Below are positions 12,901 through 24,703 of a stretch of 64,000 nucleotides of DNA, in pieces. The first letter of the stretch is position 1. Each line of letters opens with the position of its first letter. Source of the stretch: Amoebophrya sp. A120 (Eukaryota; Protista; Dinoflagellata); the NCBI GenBank assembly GCA_905178155.1, contig CAJINV010000006.1, positions 4,470,339-4,534,338 on the forward strand. The letters run 5' to 3'. The notes below the pieces were generated by a model. It was not told the origin of the DNA and did no database searches. It saw only the letters and a list, made by a program, of their open reading frames with translations. The translations under genes and the position numbers were made by a program.

Positions 12901-14384
12901 GCAAACCATCGGGCAGATTGCGTATGCAAGAAAAAAACTGTGTAAGTGTAACTCTGTAATGCAGATGAACATGCAACAGAGTTACACCTGTCATGCCAGA
13001 CAACCATGAAGTCCTCTTTTCGTGTGTGTCTTCCCGTACAAGCCACGCATGACAGGTTATTTTTTCTGTCATGTAGAGCAAATGCAAATTTGTGATGCTG
13101 TCAGCCAAAGAAAGTTACACTAGCACAGTTTTTTTCTTGGATATTGTGCGGGACGAGACAACAAAACGGTACCACAAGCGGCAGCTGAGGAAGAAACTGA
13201 TGCTGTTGCAGGAGCAGCAGCGACAAATGGAGTTTGAAAAGTCGAACTTCATGATGTCGTATGAACTGCAAAAGTATCGTACTCGTATAAATGCGTTACA
13301 AATTTTCTCAGCATGAGAAATAAAATTTGTAATGCTATTTTGCCTTGACAAAGAAATTTGTAATGCAAGGCCTGCATTTATACGAGTGCGATACTTTTGC
13401 ACAGCATATTTCGGGCGGTATGGGTGGAAACGGGTCGAAGTTCGCGTTTTACATATCCTTGGTAAAAACAGCCCCACGCCAGAGCAGTCAAGATGGGAAC
13501 TTTGCAACACAAATCCAGAAGCTTTGGAAGCCGCGCATGACAAGCTCCTGCTTCTTTCTGTAGTGTAGTGCAGGTTGGCGAGGACAGCTGCATCACAAAT
13601 CCATCCGCTTATCCTGTTTACAGCATTACAGATTATGCCAAATAAACACGACTATGCATGCCTCTCACGGGGATGCGCATCACAAACGTTCCTGTATACG
13701 CAAATCTGCATGACAAGAACTATGGGATGGGGACCACGTTTTTACTCAGGATATTACAGTGAAGAAGACCTCCATGCGGATGAAGTGGACCACTTCGGAG
13801 ACAACGGAGAGGAAGATGTAGAGGATGCGGTAGTCACTATCCTGTGTAAAAACGTCCCCACGACCCAAGAGTCACGATGGGAAATCTCCTATACAAATCA
13901 CCCAGCTTTGGTTGTTGCGCATGACAATTTTGGCCCCATAGTGTAATCCTGTCTAGCATGCTAGTTCAGCAGCGTCACAGATCTACCGCATCGCGCTGGT
14001 TCGAGCGTGACAAAATCCGAAACACCACTAGAAAACGCTTCTCATTATGGGGCGCCGCATGAGAAATATTCCCAGCATGCAGATTTGCAGTACAGCTCTG
14101 GGGTAGGGACATTTTGAATTAGGATAGTCACCCGCGGGGACGGGTTTTGGCACCCGGCGAACGACCTCCACGGGCGGTTGGGGTCGAAGGAAGAGACGAC
14201 GCTACTGAACCACGAGCAGGCCACGGTGGAATTCGATACTACAACGACGGCCCGGGGAACAAGTGGTGGCCAGCATTCCGCCGGGATGAATGGCGCGGAG
14301 CGAAGGGCGATGAACAGTGGCAGCGCGGGTACAGCTAAACATAAGCTAGGGAGGGTGAACAAACACGGGGTGGCGGAGTACTAA
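9923..14384 (+). CDS. Ankyrin-repeat protein (about 14 exons)
   Basis: Ankyrin units DPNGWTVLHWAV, DEHGLTPVMLAVFLGHQDMLELL, NNYDCTVLHYAA, DRAGETALHHAC, NHVSKLPLDVA after joining exons; stop TAA 14382-14384. Confidence 0.88.
10091..10343. mobile_element. Introner family A
   Basis: DR TCGTC/TCGTC. Confidence 0.95.
10669..10828 (+). other. GT-AG intron starting GTAT (probable aged introner)
   Basis: Joins AQD-EHGLTP; relic DR ACGAG/ACAGG; end coordinate +/-1. Confidence 0.7.
10864..11071. mobile_element. Introner family K
   Basis: DR CTTCC/CTTCC. Confidence 0.92.
11129..11427. mobile_element. Introner family A with internal ~40-bp tandem duplication
   Basis: DR CTCGG/CTCGG; TACGCGGAGAGGGCATTTGTCATGCAGGA twice near 11236-11315. 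Confidence 0.92.
11478..11701. mobile_element. Introner family G
   Basis: DR TTCCT/TTCCT. Confidence 0.93.
11792..12099. mobile_element. Introner family D
   Basis: DR TGCTC/CGCTC. Confidence 0.92.
12156..12318. mobile_element. Introner family B
   Basis: DR AAGAG/AAGAC. Confidence 0.92.
12373..12555 (+). other. GT-AG intron starting GTAT
   Basis: Joins FP-RTIHALL; GCATGACA motifs inside. Confidence 0.75.
12714..12863. mobile_element. Introner family B
   Basis: DR AAAAT/AAAAC. Confidence 0.92.
12923..13143. mobile_element. Introner family L
   Basis: DR TTGCG/TTGTG. Confidence 0.92.
13260..13408. mobile_element. Introner family B
   Basis: DR TGTCG/TTTCG. Confidence 0.92.
13454..13753. mobile_element. 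Introner family C
   Basis: DR TTACA/TTACA. Confidence 0.93.
13838..14126. mobile_element. Introner family C
   Basis: DR GTCAC/GTCAC. Confidence 0.93.
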
Positions 14385-15282
14385 TAAATTCGATCAAAAC
14401 CACGCGGGTCGCAAAACTACAAAAGGCCATCAGGCTGCTCAGCTGTTGACTTCATAATTTGATGCCCATTTATTTTTACTATTACTTGACTTTCGAGCGG
14501 AGAAATCGAAATCCGGTCGCTTTGTTTACTGTTGATGACTTTGAACGCCACTGTTTCGTTTCCATATTATTGTTGTAAAATGCATACTGGTTGATAATTC
14601 TGCCATCACTGTATCTATTCAGAAGATGAAAGTATTGTTTGATTGCACGACGAAAAGATTGAATTCCATTTCTACCGCGCTGGGAAAAGAACGATGTTGT
14701 GTACATGTACAATAGGATTCAGTTGAACAGCCTACTTACAAGGCTTCTACGAACAAATAGAAAACACATCGAAAGCGGCTCATATCTGATGAGGAGAGAG
14801 GGGGTGACAGTAGTATATAATTGTCGCCCTGAGTAACATCGTGTATGTTCGAGATGTTCGACTTCGACAATTTTCATCATTCATTATCGCATCTTTCAGC
14901 ACTGATCACAGCTTCTAAATAACGGAAAGGAAATTTCGAAATTGCGCAAACGGAGACGACCATGACGAACGACTAGTCGTGCAGCTCGTCTGAAGACGGT
15001 GTGAGTGCAAAAAATGTGTGAGTTATTGGATCCTCGTTTGTCGTCTGGTCCTCGTGTTGACAAAATCAGTAAATTGATGTATTCGAAGAACATTTACCCA
15101 CAACTGTAACGGAAGTAACATAGATACAACCATGTTGTAGTAGAAAGATCGATGTATAAATCAAACCTAAACGAAAGGAGATGGAGAACCCCTCCAAAAA
15201 TCCTAAAAATTCTTGTTAAACCAAAACAAGAAGGACCCAAGAACGACCCGCACGACAAGGACAACCCGGGATTTTTATCAAA

Positions 15283-18200
15283 ATGGTCGGCTCTGTATTT
15301 TTAGCTCCGCACACGACGTGGTCGCAGTCGCACTCGGCGCACCTTCACTTTCTCCCCCTCGCCGAGGATCCACTTTCTAGAACCACTACGTCTTTCTACC
15401 TGGACTGCGACGAGGAGCCAGGAATCTGGAGCGTCTCGCAGGGACCCAAAGTGAATTTCACAAAAGCCTACGAACGGTTTTACCGAGAGAAGCTACGGGA
15501 TCTGAAAGCGATTTTTGCGACAAATAACGCACCAGGAGGTTCATTTTATCCTTTGGACTCCAGCTTTACCGCCAAGCACGCGCGGTTGCAGCCGGCCTAC
15601 GCCATGGTGGACTCTCTCGGCATTGACTACAGCAATAAGATATGGATTGCAAAAGTGTCTGGGTCTGGAAGGTTGCAACTTGTAATGCTGTCTTTGGATT
15701 CCAAAAAAATGTGTATTGCATGACCAGCAACAGGACTCCAGTTTGTGCTACGTGGAGAGGGCATTTCTCATGCGAAATAGGCATTAGGAAGCCCTCTAAA
15801 AATCTGTGTTCTTGCTAGATCATGCATTAGAGGCATCAATCATCATACAAAATATGCATGACAAGTCTGCATTCTTCCAGACCCAGACATTTTTACATTT
15901 GATATAAGAACCGAAGCAGCAACCCGATTGAAAACGAAATCATCGAGAACATTTCCTCGAAGTCCGCACCGAAGATTGGCGGCGATCCGGACATCGCCGC
16001 CAAGATTTGTGTGAAGGAAGGCGTTGCGAAGTGCGGCGGATTTTGCGCGAACCCGTTTCTGGGCAGGACGTACTTCTACGAGGGCGAAGGGTTCTTTCCA
16101 CACGAGGAAGATGCGCTCAGTGCTGGCGGAGAAGCAGCAGCAGCGGCAGAAGCTCCTCCAACTGCCACAGAGGGTGAACAAGCGGGTTCGGCTGCAGAGG
16201 ACGTCGCCGAGGACTCAACAGCGGCCACCTCGGGGGAGCCGACACCAGAACCAGATCAGGGGCTGATTCAGGACCCGTCCCAGATGAAATATTACAATGA
16301 CAGATGCCACCTCCCCATATCAAATAAACGGAAATCTGTGATGCACATTCTTTGTGGTCACATTCACAAATCAGCTTTGTGATGCTAGAAGGCAAATAAA
16401 GATGCGGACTGTAGTGCTGGCTAGCGTGGGAATAAACCTATGCGTCTCCAGCATGACAGGAGGCAACTAGACAAGTGGGAAACAGCATGACAAATTACCT
16501 GCAAGCCAGGCCGCAGCTGCGTCTCTTGGCCTTCTAGCAATACAAAGCGACTTGTGATGTACTCAAATACAGCATTAGAAATTTCGGTTCCGATATGGGG
16601 AGGTGGACGAATTTTTCCTTTTGATATGAGACAACGCATGTTCTTTGTATACGAGAACACGCCAAAGTACAAAGACATGGGGTTTTTTGACACCCTGTCC
16701 GAGACCGAACTCCAGCGGGACCGGTATCGCTTCGAGAACCGGTGTATCAAATGCAAATATGTCTGGGTCTGGAAATAACCTGCGATGCTGAATTGCGCAT
16801 TTTGATTGCAGCGCTTGCAACAGCAGCCAAGCATGACAAACTTTCGGAACGCTTTGTTTCTGCTGCGTGGCGCGCATGACAAATTGCCTTTCTGCATAAC
16901 AAGAAAAGCTCCTGCTCATTTGCTGCTCATCCAACACAGATTTTCCAGGAATGCAAGATAAGCATTACAAGTTGCAAGAACCTTCCAGACCCGGGCATAT
17001 TTGCATTGCATACGGTGGTTTTGCTACGCGAACCAGGCACCGAGCGTGGTAACGTACATGCGAATATCCTGTGCAAAAGTATCGTACTCGCAATCATCAT
17101 GTTCATGCGTTTACAAATCTTTTTCTTGAGGTCAATCAGCATTACAAATTTTATTTCTCATGCTGAGGAAATTTGTAATGCGTTTTTACGAGTGCGAATC
17201 TTTTGCAATGCATAGCGAAACGTGGTGAAAGACGCGGAGCAAAATGGGGGCGGTCCCAATGATGGAAAACTCTACTACCCAAACTGGCGGAGGTATCGTA
17301 CGAAAAAACTGTTTCGTTGTGAACATTTTCTTTGCAAGTTGTTTTGCATCACATGTTCGTTACGCATGACACCGAAAAAATGGCGTTCGTGTCTCGTCAA
17401 CACAAGGGAAAAGAACACAAACTAGAGTAATTCCATGCCTTGCATGTGTAGCAAGAAGACAAACACTTCTTCTGTGTTGCATTCTATGGACCACAAGTTC
17501 ACGACAACGAAACAAACGACTTCTTCTTACGATAGCAGGGCGGAGCTGTTTCCGCCGGGACAACACGGAGGAGGAGAACAAGGCGCGGATACTATCCAAA
17601 TGAAAAATCCTCCCTCGCCATACTTACTAGAACGGAGACTTGTGTAGTATGGCTTGCTACCACAAATCACGCTGTCATGCTAGAAGGCCAAAGATTCGGA
17701 TTGTAGTGGTGGCTGGCGTGGGAAAGCCTTGCATCTTCAGCATGAAAGGAGGCAACTGGAAGTGGAAAACAGCATGACGAACTGCGCGCAATTCAGGCCA
17801 CAACTGCGTCTCTTGGCCTTCTAGCAATACAAGTCGACTTCTCTACGCCAATCCAGCATCACAAGTGTCCTTATTCAAAATGGGGAGGGGGGATTTTTTC
17901 TTGCAATAGATACTGAGGATCCAGATGCCGCTACGGTGGACATCAGCCAGCGTGTCTTCAAGGAAGATTTTCGCATAAAGGATGACGCGCGCACGGCGAC
18001 CGGGCAGAATCTCGGAGCGGATTCCTTCACCACAGACGCATTATGCGTTGCAAAAGTATGAGTATCGTGGTCGTACTAGTAGTAGGTACACACTGCATAA
18101 CAAATTGACTCAGCATAAATGAAATTTGTAATGCGGATTTACCTCAAGAAGTAGCTTTGTGATGCACAAGCGCAGTTACAATTAGTACGAATACGAGTGC

Positions 18201-21200
18201 GATACTTTTTTGATGGATTAGCATCGGCCCGGATCAACTTCCGCGAGGGGGATGACGAGAGCAACATTTCCGCGATGAAGCAAATCTGTTCGAACTTCAC
18301 CTATATCAAATGCAAATATCCCTGGACGTCTGGCAGGTTGGAACATGTGATGCGTCCCGTGGATCACACGAAAATCTGTCTTGCGTGATCACCAAACTAC
18401 CTTGCCCTTTTCTGACCACCATGAGCGGGAGTTTCTCATGCAGGACAGACATGATAGAGACCTCGCAGAAACTGTCATGCTGGATCCTGCATTCTAGATC
18501 TCACAGGGCATGGAAATTCTGCATGAAAAGTTTTCACTCTTCCAGACATCCAGGGAGATTTGCACTTGATAAGCTACCAGAGCGGCTTGGCCAAGGACCA
18601 CTGGCCCGTCGGGGACGCGTGTGACGTATCCTGTGCAAAAGTATCGTATGCTCGTATTGCAATAATATGCATTACAAATTTTTTTCTGAAGCTAAATCCG
18701 CATTACGAATTTTATTTCTCATGCTGAGGAAATTTGTGTTGCGCTTGCATATATACAAGTGCGATACGTTTGCAGTTCATATGACGGATTCTGCTACAAC
18801 AAAAAGTCAAGAAAAGGCCGGTTCTTCGCCAACCTGTTGGAGAAAAACCCGGAAACGGGCGTGGTGGCACCGAAGAAGGTATCCTGAGTAAAAACGGAAC
18901 CCACACCGCAAAGAAAGACGTCAAGATGGCGATTTTGCTACACAAATCAAGAAGTCGTGGCTGTTTCGCATGACAAATTTGGACTGGTTATTGTAGAAGT
19001 GCTCTGCGAGGTAGTGCAGACACGACAGCACAAACCGACAACCTAATCCTGATTCCAGCATCACAAACAAACTTCCAGATAGCATTTTAGAAAAGGGCTC
19101 TCATGTTGGGGCTGCGCATGAGAAGCATTTCATGCATGCCACACTGCATGACCAGTTCCAGTCTTCGTTTTGGGAGGTGGGGACGTAGTTTTTACACAGG
19201 ATAGAAGGACAGCGAGCTTTACGAGGACGCGGGGGAGCAGAGCGGAACGAGCGACCAGATGTCCGATATCAAAGTGAAAAATCCCCCCTCCCCATATCAA
19301 GAAGAAATTTCGGATGCTGGGTTTGCGTAAGTACACAAATGACGTCTCTCTTGCAGTATGGGACTGCTACCGGCGCAGCCAGATTCTCAGCCTGTTTAGG
19401 AGTGTAAGATGCGTCTAGCTGTTTAGCATGAGAAACGCCGGCCTTGTGGGCCCAACAGCATGAGAAACTGCATCCACAAAGCAGCGCACTCAACGGCGCT
19501 TGCCTTCTTGCAAGACAGAGCGAATTTGTGGCCACAAATCTGCATCACAAATTTTCAGAGTGATGCCTTTTTAATATGGGGACGGTGGATTTTTCTTCAC
19601 GATATCCGAACCCGGGCAATGGGCGTGCTTCTTTGCCAACGCCAAAGAGCATGTGGCTTTGACGGAGGAAAACGAGCACGCCGAACTCTTGGCGAAGCGA
19701 AATTTCCTGCACAACCGCGAGTATTGTGACGAAAAATCCCCCCTTCCCATATTGAAAAGGCGTCCGTTGCGAAATTTGTGATGCAGATTTGTGGTCACAA
19801 ATCATTTTTGTCTTGCAAAGAGGCAAGCGGGGTGGGATGCGCCGCATTATGGATGCGGTTTGTCATGCTGCTTGGCCTACGGGGCAGCGCAGGCGTTTCC
19901 CATGCTAAGCAGCTAGACCCTTGCGCACCTAAACAGCCTAAGAATCTGCCCGCAATTCCCCACACCAAGACAGACCCCATTTGTGTACGCAGAGCATCAG
20001 AAATTTTCTCTGATTTTCTTTTGATATGGGGAGGGGGGATTTTTTCTCTTGATAGCGAGTGCTTGACGACGAGCGCGGTGTCGAGCTCGGAGAAGAGCAG
20101 TGCCCATCGCTACACCGGTACGGCCGACTGCACGGACCCGGACACGAAGCTGGGGCACCAGTGGTGCGAACGGTGTACGAAAACGAAGCAGAACCTCCTG
20201 TTGCAGTATCGCAAGAAAAAACTGTTTCACTGTAAGCTTGTAATGGAGAAAGTGTATCCGAGAAGTGTTTGTCTTGGTACACATGCAAGACAATGGATTT
20301 TTAGCTGTCTTTTCCCTTAGGAATCTCGCATGGCAAATTTTCTCTGCGATGTAGAGCAAACTTGTGATGCGGATCTTCCAAAATCATCACAGTGAAACAG
20401 TTTTTTGGTGGGATATGCAGCCTTCGATGTTTAAAGCGGCTATGCACGCTCTGGGCGTGAATCTGCAGGGCCCGAAACCCCGATCCCCCTACGGCGCGCT
20501 CTCTGCGTCCCAAACCATCGAGAGCGAGTTGAACTTGGCCCAGACGTTTGGGTCGGCGTTCTACAGTAGTACGATCCCAACCGCGAGGGTGACGGGAAGT
20601 AGTGCGAGTAGTGCCGTCTCGTCCTCGGATATCACAGGAAAAAAGTGTTACAGTTACACACTTATATATTGGAGTTTCTGCATCACAAAGTCGCTCGAAA
20701 TGGCAAAGAAAACCTGTGATGCACAGGCTATAAGAGAAAACACTTACACGAATGAAATGAGGCTGGCAAGCATTTCCTGCATGACCACAGAGGTCGTCTG
20801 TCTTGCTTGTCTTCCATAAGAATGTGTACTTAAACTGTAACACGTTTTTCTCAGGATATCGGAAAGCCCAGCGAAGCAGGTGTGCCGCAACGTGGTCAAC
20901 AAGTTTGTCGGGCGCACGACTTTGCCGACGCTATCGTAAGGAAAAATGCCCCTACCCCCGAACTTGGAGGCATTTGTATTGCAAACCTTTCCAAATGAAA
21001 CATTCGCCCTCTTGCATCTATCAGCATCACAAATTTGCCATGCTGAATAGCGCAGATCTGTGATGCAAAGGAGCCCGACAGCAGGCGGATCTGTGATGCA
21101 AAAGATTCCTTGCGCATCTAGATTCTGCATCAGAATAAATGCTCGCGCTCCTTTCATGCAAGACAAAAGCCTTTCATTTGGAAACTTTGCATGAGAAACT

Positions 21201-23625
21201 TTTGCAAATTCCGGGTTGGGGGCACTTTTCATTGTAATAGACGCTGGGCGACATCTACAACGCAGACGCCGTGGATATGGAATTCTCAAATCGGTTACCT
21301 TCTCAACTGCTGCATGAATTTGTGATGCAAGCACAGCAAAAGATAAAGGGGGTAGCCTGCCGCTCGAGCTCTCGCGTCACAAATTTGGCACAGATGATCA
21401 ACAGCCTGTAGTTTAGCTGCACTTGGAGAATTTGTCATGCGAAGTAGCCTGACAGTGCCAGTGGTGCGGCATCTGATAGCAATTTTGCATGACAAAAATC
21501 AAAATCATGTCACAGTTGAGCGTGTAACGTTTGAGAATCTTATAGTCGAAAGGGGAGAATCTGTTTGCGGTCGGAGCACGGTGAAGGACGACCATTATCT
21601 TGTGCAGGTGAAAAAGACAAAAGATTGGTTCTACTGCTGTGAAAATGGGGACCAAGCAGGTGGAGAAACAACAAGCGCAGACTCGAGCCAGGCGAGTGGC
21701 GCACAGACGGCAAAGCCGCACTTTTTTTGCGAACCGATCACGGTTACCAAGTGCAAAAATGTCTGGGTCTGGAAGAGTGCTTGGTATGTCATGCAGGTTT
21801 TCCATGACCCGCGCGGTCTGGCATGCACGGCCTAGCATGACAGGTTCTGTGAGATCTCTACCATGCCTTTCCTGCATGAGAAACTGCCTCTACGAAACTT
21901 GTTTGAAAGTGGACCTCTTTTGGTAATCATGCAACACAAATTTTTCCACGATCCAGATGTAGCATGACAAGTTACACTCTTCCAGACCCAGACATATTTG
22001 CAATGCATAACGGTGATGCGCAACTCCGCGACCGATTGCGTGGAACAGATTGCCGCACAGCAGTTCAATATCGCGAGAAGAAATGGCTTCACGACTGTAA
22101 TGGAGAAACTTTTGATGCAGAAGATGCAACACAGAAGGGCCGCTTGTCTTGCTACACGTAGCTTTTTTTAGTTAAGCTCTTCTGGGGGCAAAGGCACACA
22201 TAATTTTGTTGTCTATATAGTAGAGCAAAGAACTTGATGTTGATGTCATGCGGCAAAGCTTGCGAGATTTAAACCTCTACGAGTGAAGCAGTTTTTTCGT
22301 AGGATATTCAAAAGCAGCACTTTATATGCATTGCAAATATGTCTGGGTCTGGAAACTTGTGATGCAAGTCTTCAGTCAATAACAAATGCACTGTAATGCG
22401 CCGCCAAGCATGACAAGTTGCTTCGTGCTTGTGCTTCTGTGCTGCGTATTCCGCATGAGAAACTGCGTTTTTGCATGACAGGCTAGAGAGGCTGTTCGTG
22501 GCCACGCAATACAGATTTAAGGGCCATGCCAGATTAGCATGACAAATCTCGCAATCTTCCAGACCCAGACATTTTTGCATTTGATACTTTACCAAACACC
22601 ACCACGCTGGAGCAGAAGGAGTCGAAATGTGCCCAGGTGTGCTTTATCAAATGCAAAAATGTCTGGGTCTGGAAGATTCTGAGACTTGTCATGCACGGTT
22701 TGCATGAGCCATGATGTCTGTGATGCATTTCCTAGCGCCACAGGTTTGTTGAGGGATTCTTGATGCCTATTCCGCATGACAAATGCCCTCTCCGCGTAGC
22801 AAAAACTAGACGCCCACCTTTGCTGCTCATGCAACACAAATTTTTTAGACATCCAGACGCAGCATCACAAGTTGCATTCTTCCAGACCCCGACATTTTTG
22901 CATTTGATATGCTTCAGCCGACTGCGGGACTTCGGGTCCTTTTTCAAGTCGCGCAAATATCACGTGGACTGCGTCGATACGGGGGTGCCCGGACATATGG
23001 AACTGTTAGGATTGAAATCGTCAAAGTTGAAAAGATTTGCAGTGCATAAATCCGATACCAGTAGGGAGGCCACTTATCAAGCGGCGCATGGCAAATTTTC
23101 CGAGCACCGGAATCCAATTTGTCATGCTGCTTGGGCACAGAAGACTGCTTTTGTCATGCTCCTTTTGCAGCTCCATGCCAAACCCTTAACAGGCTTACAA
23201 TCGGCCTCACTTGCCATCCCGGCAAGACAGGCATTCCATGCATTGCATTTTATGCATGACAAACCTTTTCAACTTTGACGATTTCGATCCTGACACCCCC
23301 ATAGGACAGTTGGTGGTCCCCGGCGTCAACCGGAAGGAGGAACAGTCCCGACGGGCGAACGGGAAAAAAGTGCTGACGGGAAGTTTGAAGGTATCGAATA
23401 GAAAAGACTGTCTCACTGTGAACATAAACTTGCGATGCATAGAATGGCGACCACAGAAGCATTTGTCTTGCTATGTATACAACATGCAGGATATTATAGG
23501 ATATCTCGTTCTTGCATCACGATGCCGGCCGTGGCAAGTTTTCTTTGTCATGTGTAAAAACGAACTTGTCTTTATTAATACAGTGAAACACTTTTTTCTA
23601 TCGATAAAATGTGCTGTTTTTGTGA
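15283..23625 (+). CDS. Large uncharacterised Cys-containing protein split by 22 introners
   Basis: ATG 15283; the segments between elements read as a continuous plausible protein (junctions spot-checked); predicted TGA 23623-23625; no family recognised. Confidence 0.7.
15641..15904. mobile_element. Introner family A
   Basis: DR TAAGA/TAAGA. Confidence 0.94.
16290..16626. mobile_element. Introner family D
   Basis: DR TGAAA/TGAGA. Confidence 0.9.
16745..17012. mobile_element. Introner family A
   Basis: DR CGGTG/CGGTG. Confidence 0.93.
17065..17214. mobile_element. Introner family B
   Basis: DR GCGAA/GCGAA. Confidence 0.93.
17294..17534. mobile_element. Introner family E
   Basis: DR GGAGG/GCAGG (gives GT..CAG). 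Confidence 0.9.
17593..17908. mobile_element. Introner family D
   Basis: DR GATAC/GATAC. Confidence 0.92.
18042..18219. mobile_element. Introner family B
   Basis: DR CGCAT/AGCAT; ends ATT. Confidence 0.85.
18304..18571. mobile_element. Introner family A variant
   Basis: DR ACCTA/AGCTA; variant TIR on both arms. Confidence 0.9.
18627..18781. mobile_element. Introner family B
   Basis: DR TGACG/TGACG. Confidence 0.93.
18880..19203. mobile_element. Introner family C
   Basis: DR GAAGG/GAAGG. Confidence 0.92.
19267..19604. mobile_element. Introner family D
   Basis: DR TCCGA/TCCGA. Confidence 0.93.
19722..20054. mobile_element. Introner family D
   Basis: DR GCGAG/GCGAG; opposite orientation to 19267-19604. 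Confidence 0.93.
20207..20415. mobile_element. Introner family E
   Basis: DR TGCAG/TGCAG. Confidence 0.93.
20630..20858. mobile_element. Introner family J
   Basis: DR TCGGA/TCGGA. Confidence 0.93.
20932..21239. mobile_element. Introner family I
   Basis: DR GACGC/GACGC. Confidence 0.92.
21276..21544. mobile_element. Introner family F
   Basis: DR GTGGA/GTCGA. Confidence 0.9.
21745..22009. mobile_element. Introner family A
   Basis: DR ACGGT/ACGGT; starts TAC. Confidence 0.92.
22069..22306. mobile_element. Introner family E
   Basis: DR TTCAA/TTCAA. Confidence 0.9.
22325..22586. mobile_element. Introner family A
   Basis: DR CTTTA/CTTTA. Confidence 0.93.
22645..22909. mobile_element. Introner family A
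   Basis: DR TGCTT/TGCTT. Confidence 0.93.
22996..23303. mobile_element. Introner family H
   Basis: DR GGACA/GGACA. Confidence 0.93.
23392..23606. mobile_element. Introner family E
   Basis: TIRs; DR GAAGG/AAATG diverged. Confidence 0.85.
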
Positions 23626-24703
23626 CAGTATCACTCGCTCACGCTCCCAATATCGGTTTCAGTAATTTAACAAGCAGGACGAGCAGATCAGGACGATATC
23701 TCCTTCTTTTATACTTCCCGGCTCTTTTTTGCAAAGCACTAACTGCAATTTCTTTATCTCAAAAAAACTACCGTCTTGTGGCACAGAGAATGGACGACGA
23801 TCTCTGCTCCTGCATTCGACCACTACAACTAAAAGTTGTACTTACAGTTACAATACATTCACTTGATTCCTGGTAGTATAACACAAACACGTAAGCCTAA
23901 GCGAGCTTTTTTTCTGTGTCAGAGAGGCGCAAGACGGTCCTGGATTGATGGACGAAAGACCAATACTATGGTTGAACAATCGATATCAAAGTACTTGAGA
24001 ATAAAGGACAAATTTGAAGGTGCAACAGCAAACAAGATTAAATTATGGGGACGAGGTCGTACTTACAAAATTGTTTCTGTTATATTTTTTGCTCAAGTAG
24101 AGCATCACAAGTATACCAGTACGCGGCTTGTTGGTGCCCGAAAATTGCCCTGGTGCCGCAATTTGGGCTGCGCGCGCAATTACTTACAGCGCACTCCTCC
24201 CTCTACTCGCGGAGGTATCACAAGCGCCGCTGCCACCATGCCGGGCCGCGCGCTCTAGCTTCTATCGGGGACCTGTTAATACGGTAGTTCTCGCGCGAGG
24301 AACTACTTCGCGTTTAGAAGTTTTCCACTCCTCCTTTTGCGGAGTGATCGCCCCTTGCTTCTCCGTTGTTGACCACGACGTTGTTCCTCGTGCAGTAGGT
24401 TGTACCAACCGCACGATCAGGGCAACATTTCAAGATAGTAGTACACTTGGTTCTGCATCTGCAAAAAAGAACGGCTGAAGATCATAGGAGAAAGAGAATG
24501 AGCAGTAAAAAGAAAGAGTTTGTTGAGTGAAGACGACATGAGAAGTTCTGGTGAAGACGACGGTGCAGCTCGTCTGGTATCATAAAAAGATAAATGTATA
24601 AAACGTCGCATCCAACGCCTCTGTATAGAGCAGAATATATGGTACTTCTACCACACGAAGATCATTATTTTCTGTGACAACATTTTGAACCTGTCGTGAG
24701 GAT

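Noticed and set aside
1045-14384. Genome-wide stop-codon reassignment
   Set aside because: The reconstructed exons of three conserved genes have no internal stops and end at TGA/TAA; in-frame stops occur only in genes with other lesions.
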